A stretch of DNA of 10,474 nt from Bacteroides sp. (GTDB taxonomy: Bacteria > Bacteroidota > Bacteroidia > G022818785), in the NCBI GenBank assembly GCA_022818785.1, contig CP063811.1:63655-74128 (forward strand). The letters are read 5' to 3'. Of this stretch, positions 1 to 8,346 are shown piece after piece (position 1 is the stretch's first letter; each line of letters opens with the position of its first letter). The translations under genes were made by a program, and so were the position numbers. The notes under the pieces were generated by a model. That model had not been told where the DNA came from, did not search any database, and was given only the letters and a program-made list of their open reading frames with translations.

Positions 1-1
1 A

Positions 2-748
2 CATCCTCATTATAATTTAGATTTTTATTGTGATTTATTTATCAGTATTAAAAAAGAAAAACCTAATATATATATAAAGGCATTAACACCTGTGGAATTA
101 TTATATATTTTTAAAATGGCTAAAGTATCATTTAAAAAAGGATTGATGATTCTAAAGAATTCTGGATTAGATTCATTGCCTGGTGGTGGAGCTGAAATTT
201 TCAATTCAGAAATACGAAATAAAATAGCTAAACATAAATGTAATTCTGAAAATTGGTTAATGATGCATAAAATTGCACATAGCTGTGAAATACCAACTAA
301 TGCTACAATGTTATATGGCCATATAGAATCTTATAAAGATAGAGTCCATCATATGTCTCTGTTAAGGGATTTGCAAGATAAATCAAAAGGATTCCAAGCA
401 TTTATTCCACTAAAGTTTAGAAACAAGAATAATAAAATGAGCCATCTTAATGAAACTTCAATAATAGAAGATTTAAGAAATTATTCAATTTCTAGAATAT
501 ATTTAGATAATTTTTTACACATAAAATCATATTGGGCAATGATTGGTAAGTTTACATCACAATTATCTTTAAATTATGGTGTAGATGATATAGATGGAAC
601 AATTAATGACACTACTAAAATATATTCAATGGCTGGTGGTGAACAAAATCCTTCAATGACTGTTGATGCAATATTAAAAATTATTAGATCTTCAAACAAT
701 ATACCAGTTGAAAGAGATACAAAATATAATATTATTCGTAAATACTAA
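2..748 (+). CDS. mqnE: Aminofutalosine synthase MqnE (radical SAM, CofH/MqnC/MqnE family); 5' end lies outside the window
   Basis: Frame is open from base 2 (HPHYNLDFYCDLFISIKKEKPNIYIKALTPVEL...), so the GTG at 92 is internal. Motifs GLDSLPGGGAEIF, TNATMLYGHIE, FQAFIPLKF, YLDNFLHIKSYW, GVDDIDGT, KIYSMAG and PVERD match MqnE; adjacent to mqnA. Confidence 0.88.
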   Translation, partial: HPHYNLDFYCDLFISIKKEKPNIYIKALTPVELLYIFKMAKVSFKKGLMILKNSGLDSLPGGGAEIFNSEIRNKIAKHKCNSENWLMMHKIAHSCEIPTNATMLYGHIESYKDRVHHMSLLRDLQDKSKGFQAFIPLKFRNKNNKMSHLNETSIIEDLRNYSISRIYLDNFLHIKSYWAMIGKFTSQLSLNYGVDDIDGTINDTTKIYSMAGGEQNPSMTVDAILKIIRSSNNIPVERDTKYNIIRKY

Positions 749-750
749 TT

Positions 751-1470
751 ATGATCAAAATATCAGCTATAAAATATATAAACTCGTTACCATTTATATA
801 TGGAATTACAAAGTATAAAAATTTTATAAATAATATTAAACTATTATGTGATAATCCTAATAATTTAAGATCATTTATTTTAAATAATGATGTTGACATA
901 AGCTTATGTCCTACTGGCATGATAAAAGAATTAAATAATTATAATATTATTAGTAATTTTTGTATAAGTTCTTTTAAATATGTAAAATCTGTTATTTTAG
1001 TTTCTAATTATTTATTAAAAGATATAAAAAGTATACAACTTGATAAAGAATCATGTACATCAAATTATCTTCTTAAGATATTATTAAATTTTTATTGGAA
1101 TAAAAACAATATAGAATATAAATATGATAATACTAATACTGATGCATATTTAATGATTGGAGACAAAGCACTTATGAATTATAATTCTAAAAAATTCACT
1201 TATTATATTGATTTATCATATGAATGGTATAAATTTACTAAACTTCCTTTTGTATTTGCATTGTGGGTTGGCAAAAATAATTTAGAAAGAAAAACTATCA
1301 AAACATTCAATAAATCTCTACAATATGGAATTAATAGCATTAAAAATAATAAATTGAAAATAGAAACTAAATCATATTATGATTATATTAAGAATAATAT
1401 ACAGTATAAAATGAATTATAGTAAAAAATTATCATTAAAATTATTTTTAAAATATCAAAAACAACTATGA
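751..1470 (+). CDS. mqnA: Chorismate dehydratase MqnA (MqnA/MqnD family, futalosine pathway)
   Basis: N-terminal KISAIKYINSLPFIYG, VKSVIL, LDKESCTS, DAYLMIGDKAL and DLSYEWYKFTKLPFVFALW are MqnA-type motifs; starts 2 nt after the mqnE stop. Confidence 0.85.
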   Translation: MIKISAIKYINSLPFIYGITKYKNFINNIKLLCDNPNNLRSFILNNDVDISLCPTGMIKELNNYNIISNFCISSFKYVKSVILVSNYLLKDIKSIQLDKESCTSNYLLKILLNFYWNKNNIEYKYDNTNTDAYLMIGDKALMNYNSKKFTYYIDLSYEWYKFTKLPFVFALWVGKNNLERKTIKTFNKSLQYGINSIKNNKLKIETKSYYDYIKNNIQYKMNYSKKLSLKLFLKYQKQL

Positions 1471-2126
1471 ATTTATCAATTGCCCCTTCAATTATAGCTG
1501 CAGAAATATCTAATATAGATAACATAATCAAGAAAATTAATGAAAGTCAGGCAGATGTAATACATATTGATATTATGGATGGTCATTTTGTGCCTAATAT
1601 AGCTATTGGTTTTGATATTGTCAATTTTTTATTGAAATATAGTATAAAACCATTAGAAGTACATTTAATGGTAACTAATCCTAATGATTACGTTGACAAA
1701 TTAGAAAAATTAAAAATAAAAAATATGATAGTGCATTATGAAGCTATTATAAATGATTTTTCTATTTTAGAAAAAATAAAAAAAACAAATATGAAAGTTG
1801 GTATTGCATTGAATCCAAATACTGCAATATCTGTTTTATTAAAAAATAATATTATACAATATATAGATATTGTATTAATAATGTCTGTATACCCAGGATT
1901 TAGTGGTCAAAAATTTATTACGAAAACTTCATATGATAAATTATATGAATTAAATAAAATTAAAAAAAAATATAATTTTAAAATAGAAATTGATGGAGGA
2001 ATTAATATGACAAATATTGATTATTTAATACAATATAATCCTGATATATTAGTAATTGGAAAATCAATATTTCATAAATATGATCAAATAATTTCTAAAA
2101 TTAATTATTTTAAAAATATTATGTAA
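1467..2126 (+). CDS. rpe: Ribulose-phosphate 3-epimerase
   Basis: IAPSI, HIDIMDGHFVPN, EVHLMV, VHYE, MSVYPGFSGQKF and EIDGGIN motifs; ATGA overlap with mqnA at 1467-1470. Confidence 0.96.
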   Translation: MNLSIAPSIIAAEISNIDNIIKKINESQADVIHIDIMDGHFVPNIAIGFDIVNFLLKYSIKPLEVHLMVTNPNDYVDKLEKLKIKNMIVHYEAIINDFSILEKIKKTNMKVGIALNPNTAISVLLKNNIIQYIDIVLIMSVYPGFSGQKFITKTSYDKLYELNKIKKKYNFKIEIDGGINMTNIDYLIQYNPDILVIGKSIFHKYDQIISKINYFKNIM

Positions 2127-2131
2127 TATTT

Positions 2132-3424
2132 TTATCTAGTAAAATTTATAATAGAATCCATTATTGTAGTACTACCAATAATTAATATTAAATCTTTATA
2201 ATTATAATTATTAATAGATTTTTTATATGCATCTAGTGGCGTTTCAAAACAATATCCTTTTAGCTTAAGTTGTATGCTAATTTTCATCATTATTCTAGAA
2301 TCTAATGATCTTTTGTTATTTCTTATTCCGCAATAATAGTAAATAAATCTGTTTTTCGGTAAAATATGCATTATATCATATATATTTTTATCTTTCATTA
2401 ATCCTATAATGACATGTATATTATTATAAGTAGATAATTGTAAATAATCAAAAATTGTCTTTAGTCCATCAACATTATGCCCTATGTCCAATAATGTTAA
2501 AGGATCATTATTAATGAACTCCCATCTGCAGTTAAATTTAGTAAATAATCTAACATTATTTAATCCAATTTCTATGTTATTTTTACTTATAAAAAATCCA
2601 TTTTGATTTAAAATATGAATTGCTGTAATAACTGTTTTAATATTTTTACCCTGATAAGGACTATTAATATCGGTGTAGATATTATATTCATATTTTTTAT
2701 CCCAATTGGAAAAAAAATGATATTTATTATTATGATATTGCATATGCCAAATATTTTCAGCCATATATACCTTATTTTGAAATAATAATGCATAATCAAA
2801 TAATACTTTATTGACTTTTAATATATTATTTTCACCAATTATTAAATTGGATTTATATCTTATTATACCTACTTTTTCAAAAGCAATTTGACATAAACTG
2901 TTTCCTAATATATTAACATGATCATACCTTATATTAGTAATAATCGAAATTATAGAATTAACTATATTAGTTGCATCAAATCTTCCTCCTAAGCCAACTT
3001 CTATAACAGCTAACTGAATTTTATTATCAGCAAAATAAGAAAACGCTAATAAAGTCATAAATTCAAATAAAGATGGCATTACTTTATCTAAAGTATTTTT
3101 ATATTTCTTAACAAAATCAATAATATATTTTTCTTCAATAGAAGTATTATTAATTTTGATATTTTCTTTAAAATTATTTATATATGGAGAAGTGTATAAT
3201 CCTGTTTTATAACCTGATGATTGCAATATTGCAGATAACATACTACAAACAGATCCTTTACCATTAGTTCCTCCAACATGTATGCTTATAAATTTAGTAT
3301 TAGGATTATTCAATAATTTACATAAATACAAAATTTTATCTAATGATTTATTATATGATAATAATCCCATTTCTTGAAAAGAGGAAAATTTCCTTATATA
3401 AATTAATACATCATCAAAATTCAT
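2132..3424 (-). CDS. folC: Folylpolyglutamate synthase / dihydrofolate synthase
   Basis: P-loop HVGGTNGKGS, GLYTSP, EVGLGGRFDATN, DH..ILG..L..IAFEK.GII and DIGHN motifs; 430 aa; TAATG overlap with atpG. Confidence 0.95.
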   Translation of the reverse strand: MNFDDVLIYIRKFSSFQEMGLLSYNKSLDKILYLCKLLNNPNTKFISIHVGGTNGKGSVCSMLSAILQSSGYKTGLYTSPYINNFKENIKINNTSIEEKYIIDFVKKYKNTLDKVMPSLFEFMTLLAFSYFADNKIQLAVIEVGLGGRFDATNIVNSIISIITNIRYDHVNILGNSLCQIAFEKVGIIRYKSNLIIGENNILKVNKVLFDYALLFQNKVYMAENIWHMQYHNNKYHFFSNWDKKYEYNIYTDINSPYQGKNIKTVITAIHILNQNGFFISKNNIEIGLNNVRLFTKFNCRWEFINNDPLTLLDIGHNVDGLKTIFDYLQLSTYNNIHVIIGLMKDKNIYDIMHILPKNRFIYYYCGIRNNKRSLDSRIMMKISIQLKLKGYCFETPLDAYKKSINNYNYKDLILIIGSTTIMDSIINFTR

Positions 3425-4284
3425 TACATTGCATTAATGTTGCCTCCTATTATTTCTATTATTTCTTTTGTAACAATATTTTGCCTAATATTATTATATT
3501 TTAGTTTTAATTCTTTTAATAAATCTTTAGAATTATTAGTTGCTTGATCCATAGCAATCATTCTAGCTGTATTTTCTGAAACTATAGAACTATATATACA
3601 TTTTAAAATTTTAAATTTAATTGCATTATTAATAACCTCAATAATACTATTTATAGAATTATATTCTATTATATAATTTTCACATGATTTATAATGAATT
3701 TTGATAGGCAATAAAGATTCACACATTAAATTATATTGATTGATTTTTACAAATTTGTAATAAATAACTTTTACATCATCGTATTTTTTTAAATCAAAGC
3801 ATTTAGTGATATAAAGAGTTATTTTAGAAATAAAATCTATGTTAATAGCAGTATCTAATTTAGAACTATATTCATATAAATAATTTTTTTTATTTTTAAA
3901 AAATGATATAGCTTTATTACCTATACATAGGTAATCAATATTATCATGCATATCATTAGTTATAATATTATTAGCATATGTAATTATTTTATTATTGAAA
4001 TTTCCTAAAAGACCTTTATCAGATGTTATTATAATCAATAATAATCTGTTTTTTTTGCATGCATCAATAATATATCTATTTAAAATTTTATTTTTAATAT
4101 TTGATTTTATTGAAAAGAAATAAGGCAAAATATTATATATAGAATCATAATATGAAGTAATATTATTATAATTAATTGTAGACTTACGAAGTTTAACTGC
4201 TGATATTAACTTCATTGCTTTAGTCATTTTTTCTATTGATGTAACAGAAGAAATTCTTTTTTTAATTATTTTTAAACCTATCAT
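3424..4284 (-). CDS. atpG: F1 ATP synthase subunit gamma
   Basis: IKKRISSV...KMTKAMKLISAVKL, ITSDKGLLGNFN and the C-terminal SENTARMIAMDQATNN...LKLKYNNIRQNIVTKEIIEIIGG; follows atpA. Confidence 0.96.
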   Translation of the reverse strand: MIGLKIIKKRISSVTSIEKMTKAMKLISAVKLRKSTINYNNITSYYDSIYNILPYFFSIKSNIKNKILNRYIIDACKKNRLLLIIITSDKGLLGNFNNKIITYANNIITNDMHDNIDYLCIGNKAISFFKNKKNYLYEYSSKLDTAINIDFISKITLYITKCFDLKKYDDVKVIYYKFVKINQYNLMCESLLPIKIHYKSCENYIIEYNSINSIIEVINNAIKFKILKCIYSSIVSENTARMIAMDQATNNSKDLLKELKLKYNNIRQNIVTKEIIEIIGGNINAM

Positions 4285-4286
4285 TT

Positions 4287-5879
4287 CTATTTATTGAAAT
4301 ATTTATTATTTTTCAATATACTTACAACTATATTTTTAATTTTATTCTGAGAATCAACATCCATTTTATGATTCACAATGTGATTAATTAATACATAATC
4401 CTGTCTTAATATCTTTATAAGATCTTCTTCAAACATTTTAACTAAAGATACTTTAATATCATTAAGTAAACCATGAACCCCACAATATATTACAGCTACT
4501 TGATATTCTACTGGCATAGGACAATGTTTATCTTGTTTTAAGATTTCAATATTTCTAGCACCTTTATCTAAAATATTTTTAGTAATAATATCTATATCTG
4601 AACTAAATTTACTAAAAGATTCTAACTCTTTATATTGAGCTTGATCTAATTTCAAAGTAGATGAAACTTGTTTCATAGATTTTATCTGTGCATTACTGCC
4701 AACTCTAGATACTGATATATTAACATTGACAGCTGGTTTAATGCCTAAATTAAATAAAGTTGTATCAAGAAAAATTTGCCCATCTGTAATAGATATAACA
4801 TTTGTTGGAATATATGCAGAAACATCTCCTAATTGAGTCTCAATTATAGGTAACGCAGTAAGAGATCCTCCGCCTTTCACCATTTTAGATAAATTTTCAG
4901 GGACATCATTCATATCTTTAATTATGTTAATATCAGAATTTAACTTAGCAGATCTTTCTAATAATCTAGCATGTAAATAAAATACATCCCCTGGATATGC
5001 TTCTCTAGAAGGAGGCCTCTTTAATAAGAGAGAAACCTCTCTATAAGCATTTGCTTGTTTCGATAAATCATCATATACAATAATAGCATTTTTACCAATA
5101 TCTCTAAAATACTCACCAATTGTTGTTCCTGAAAAAGGTGCATAAAATTGCATAGGTGATGCATCAGAAGCAGATGCTACAACAACAATAGTATATTTCA
5201 TAGCATCATGATCTTCTAGTATTTTAACTGTTTGTGCTATACTAGATTGTTTTTGACCACAGGCAACATATATACAATATGTTGGATTATCTGTTTCAAA
5301 AAATTGTCTTTGATTAATAATAGTGTCTATTGCAATAGTTGTTTTACCAGTTTTTCTATCTCCAATTATTAATTCTCTTTGTCCTTTACCAATAGGTATC
5401 ATAGAATCAATAGATTTAATACCAGTTTGCAATGGTTCATTAATTGGTTGACGATATATTATTCCAGGAGCATTTCTTTCAATTGGTAAATCTATTAAAA
5501 ATCCTTTTATAGGACCTTTATTATCAATAGGATTACCTAATGTATCTATTACTCTACCTAATAATCCTTCTCCAACAGGTATAGATGCCATTTTATATCC
5601 TCTTTTTACTATATCTCCTTCTCTAATATTATCACAATTACCTAATAATATAACTCCTACATTATCTTCCTCTAAATTAAATGCAACACCTTTTAATCCA
5701 TAATTAAATAATACGATTTCACCTGATTTTATATTATCTAATCCATATACCCTTGCTATGCCATCACCTACTTGTAACACGGTACCTATTTCTTCTTCTT
5801 TAATTGTATTATTAAGATTATCAGATAATCTATTTTTTATAATATCTGATATTTCATCTGGCTTGATATGATGTGTCAT
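4287..5879 (-). CDS. atpA: F1 ATP synthase subunit alpha
   Basis: [26 protein letters not shown] (Walker A), [34 protein letters not shown]; has the Bacteroidota-type insertion before GGGSLTALP ([14 protein letters not shown]). Confidence 0.99.
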   Translation of the reverse strand: MTHHIKPDEISDIIKNRLSDNLNNTIKEEEIGTVLQVGDGIARVYGLDNIKSGEIVLFNYGLKGVAFNLEEDNVGVILLGNCDNIREGDIVKRGYKMASIPVGEGLLGRVIDTLGNPIDNKGPIKGFLIDLPIERNAPGIIYRQPINEPLQTGIKSIDSMIPIGKGQRELIIGDRKTGKTTIAIDTIINQRQFFETDNPTYCIYVACGQKQSSIAQTVKILEDHDAMKYTIVVVASASDASPMQFYAPFSGTTIGEYFRDIGKNAIIVYDDLSKQANAYREVSLLLKRPPSREAYPGDVFYLHARLLERSAKLNSDINIIKDMNDVPENLSKMVKGGGSLTALPIIETQLGDVSAYIPTNVISITDGQIFLDTTLFNLGIKPAVNVNISVSRVGSNAQIKSMKQVSSTLKLDQAQYKELESFSKFSSDIDIITKNILDKGARNIEILKQDKHCPMPVEYQVAVIYCGVHGLLNDIKVSLVKMFEEDLIKILRQDYVLINHIVNHKMDVDSQNKIKNIVVSILKNNKYFNK

Positions 5880-5902
5880 GATTATTTCTTTTTTATAAAA
5901 AA

Positions 5903-6439
5903 TTATTTTTTTATTAATGATTCAATTATATCGAATTGTTTTTTTATACTAAAATCATATCTTTTATTATCAATATCAATAATTATTCCTCCAATTATAT
6001 TATTGTCTATTTTAAAAGTTAAATTATTTTTTTGAGAAAACTTGCTATTAATTAATGAATATATTTTATTATAATTTTTTTGATAACTAATATTAAAAGA
6101 TAATGTACAATTAATATTTTTAATTCCTTTATAATTATTATATGCTATAATAAATTTTTTTATAGTCATAGCTATATATTCATATCTATGCTTTAAAAGC
6201 ATAAATTTAATAAGATTCAATATTAAGCAATTATTTTTATAATAAAAAATAGATTTAATTATATCTATTTTTTTATATACTCCTATATAAGGATTTGTTA
6301 TAGCTTTTTTTAAAGAAAAATTATTAGATAATAAATCATACAATATGATTGCTTTTTGATGAGTTTGATGTAATTTATCTTCTTCAATGGCTAATTTTAA
6401 TAAAGAATTAGCATATCTATTTGCTATAATACTTTTCAT
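5903..6439 (-). CDS. atpH: F1 ATP synthase subunit delta
   Basis: IANRYANSL at the N-terminus and [22 protein letters not shown] at the C-terminus; lies between atpF and atpA. The ATG at 6439 (MKSIIANRY) is preferred over the TTG at 6460. Confidence 0.92.
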   Translation of the reverse strand: MKSIIANRYANSLLKLAIEEDKLHQTHQKAIILYDLLSNNFSLKKAITNPYIGVYKKIDIIKSIFYYKNNCLILNLIKFMLLKHRYEYIAMTIKKFIIAYNNYKGIKNINCTLSFNISYQKNYNKIYSLINSKFSQKNNLTFKIDNNIIGGIIIDIDNKRYDFSIKKQFDIIESLIKK

Positions 6440-6456
6440 AACTTTTATATTAAAAA

Positions 6457-6951
6457 TCAATTAAAATTGCGATTAGCTATAATTTTTTCTATCAAAATTA
6501 TTTGATCTTCCTCATTTTTAAGTACGTTTTTTATAATATTTTTTGATATTACAATAGATAAATCACTTACTTTATTTTTTAAATTTTCCATAGAATGATT
6601 TTCATATATATCTATCTCTTTTTTAGCTTTTTCAATCATTGCTATAAATTTTATATGTGATTTTTTATTTGCTTCCTCAATTATACTATCGCTTATATTA
6701 TAAGCATTTTTGATTATTTTGTCTTTTTCTAAACAAGCTTCTTTAATTAATTGATTTTTATTATCATTTAATTGTTTAATTTCGTTTTGTGCTTCTTTTG
6801 CTTTTAACAAAGAGTCTTGAATAAATTGTTCTCTGTTATGAATATAACTTATAATTGGTATCCAAGCATATTTTTTAAGAATAATTAATAATATTAAAAA
6901 AGATACTGTTGTCCAAAATATTAATCCAATATGAGGATTTAAAATGTCCAT
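6457..6951 (-). CDS. atpF: Fo ATP synthase subunit b
   Basis: MDILNPHIGLIFWTTVSFLILLIILKKYAWIPI...REQFI is the Bacteroidota-type AtpF N-terminus; single TM helix then coiled coil; 164 aa. Confidence 0.95.
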   Translation of the reverse strand: MDILNPHIGLIFWTTVSFLILLIILKKYAWIPIISYIHNREQFIQDSLLKAKEAQNEIKQLNDNKNQLIKEACLEKDKIIKNAYNISDSIIEEANKKSHIKFIAMIEKAKKEIDIYENHSMENLKNKVSDLSIVISKNIIKNVLKNEEDQIILIEKIIANRNFN

Positions 6952-6960
6952 ATAAAGTTA

Positions 6961-7001
6961 AATTAAAATACCTTTACTATTTTTTTTAAATAGTAAAGGT
7001 A
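6961..7001 (-). terminator. Perfect 14-bp stem-loop followed by a short U-rich tract; probable leaky intrinsic terminator or mRNA-stabilising hairpin after atpE
   Basis: Arms 6969-6982 (tacctttactattt) and 6988-7001 (aaatagtaaaggta) are exact reverse complements around a 5-nt loop; on the - strand the stem starts 10 nt after the atpE stop and is followed by TTTTAATTT. Confidence 0.65.
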
Positions 7002-7011
7002 AAAAATTATA

Positions 7012-7227
<216 letters not shown>

Positions 7228-7285
7228 TTAAAAAAGTTTATATATTACATTGACGATTTAATATCTTAATAATACATAAATTTAT

Positions 7286-7293
7286 CAAAAATA
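7286..7293 (-). promoter_or_regulatory. Possible Bacteroidota -7 promoter element (TAnnTTTG) upstream of atpE
   Basis: TATTTTTG on the - strand in the 82-bp atpB-atpE gap; no convincing -33 TTTG at the expected spacing, and chance matches are common at this AT content. Confidence 0.25.
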
Positions 7294-7297
7294 TCAA

Positions 7298-8047
7298 TTA
7301 ATGATATTCGCTATTGGCATTATTACCTATAAATAAAGCTGTTAAAAGTGTAAAAATAAATGCTTGTAAAAATGCTACTAATAATTCTAAAATATAAATA
7401 AATATTAAAAAAAATATTGTAATAGGTGATACAATTAAAGTTTTAAATATAAATATCAAACTAACTAAGCTTATAACAATAATATGTCCTGCAGAAATAT
7501 TAGCAAATAATCTTATTATAAGAGATAATGCTTTTGAAAAAATGCCAATTAATTCAATTGGAATTATAATAGGATATAGCAAATATGGAACATTTGGAAA
7601 AAAGATATTTTTCCAAAAATACTTATTGCTATAATATATAGAAGCAAAAGTACTAATAAATCCTAAAACTATTGTAAAAGATATATTTCCAGTCAAATTA
7701 TTGCCTCCAGGAAATAATGGTATAATACCTATTATGTTATTTAACAAGATGAAAAAAAATATTGTTAATAATAATGGCATGTGACGTATATATTGAATTC
7801 CTATATTAGGTTTTGCTATTTGATCTCTAATGAATATAATTATAGGCTCTATAAAAGAATTTATAAATCTATATCTATTTTTTTTATAATTATAATTTAC
7901 ATATAACAAAGTTATAATAAGTATCATAATAGATAAAAACATAGATACAACATTTTTAGTAATTGAAAAATCTAATAATTTATATCGATACTTTTGTAAG
8001 TTATTATTCATATAATCATAATAATTATATATAAATTCATTATCCAT
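7298..8047 (-). CDS. atpB: Fo ATP synthase subunit a, membrane core (C-terminal part of frameshifted atpB; whole locus 7298-8321)
   Basis: LDFSITKNV, FIRDQIA, LTIFFFILLNN..G, NLTGNI, SLIIRLFANISAGH (essential Arg) and ELLVAFLQAFIFTLL; frame is open upstream only to 8074. Confidence 0.93.
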   Translation of the reverse strand: MDNEFIYNYYDYMNNNLQKYRYKLLDFSITKNVVSMFLSIMILIITLLYVNYNYKKNRYRFINSFIEPIIIFIRDQIAKPNIGIQYIRHMPLLLTIFFFILLNNIIGIIPLFPGGNNLTGNISFTIVLGFISTFASIYYSNKYFWKNIFFPNVPYLLYPIIIPIELIGIFSKALSLIIRLFANISAGHIIVISLVSLIFIFKTLIVSPITIFFLIFIYILELLVAFLQAFIFTLLTALFIGNNANSEYH

Positions 8048-8057
8048 AACAAATTCA

Positions 8058-8321
8058 TTATATATATATATTATCTACTTTTTTATGCAAAAATGGATTT
8101 TTATAAAATTCTTTAGAAGAAAACATGTGAACTTTATTTTTATAAAACAATATCACAGGTAAATAAATATTAATATCACCTATTATATTCCATTTATGAG
8201 AATCCTGTATATGATTTATGATATCTTTTTGAGGATTAAAGCTCAAATCTTGAGAATTAGCATTAAATGATAGTAAAAACAATATCACAAAAAAAAAACT
8301 AACTCTATTAAAAGTATACAC
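8058..8321 (-). pseudogene. atpB: N-terminal fragment of atpB (signal peptide plus extracytoplasmic region), out of frame with the core
   Basis: From GTG 8321: MYTFNRVSFFFVILFLLSFNANS-QDLSFNPQKDIINHIQDSHKW...LPVILFY...HMFSSKEF, matching the FNP..I.HH..D.H.W / LPVIL / FSS.F pattern of Bacteroidota AtpB N-termini; ends at TAA 8060-8058 directly at the TA repeat. Confidence 0.75.
8059..8071. repeat. (TA)6T dinucleotide microsatellite at the atpB frameshift
   Basis: tatatatatatat at 8059-8071. Confidence 0.9.
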
Positions 8322-8346
8322 GTTAAAAAAAACAATTATAATGAAA

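Noticed and set aside
732-920. 62-aa - strand ORF
   Set aside because: Antisense shadow of mqnA/mqnE with no recognisable motif.
1962-1970. A9 run in rpe as a programmed slippage site
   Set aside because: Gene is in frame and full length (KKK); such runs are common at this composition.
2608-2799. 63-aa - strand ORF
   Set aside because: Alternative frame inside intact folC; low-complexity Ile-rich product.
3424-4284. Absence of atpD/atpC after atpG as gene loss
   Set aside because: Many Bacteroidota encode atpDC at a separate locus; it cannot be judged from this window.
5889-5902. Palindrome ttttttataaaaaa between atpH and atpA
   Set aside because: All A/T and low complexity; expected by chance and too weak to be a stable hairpin.
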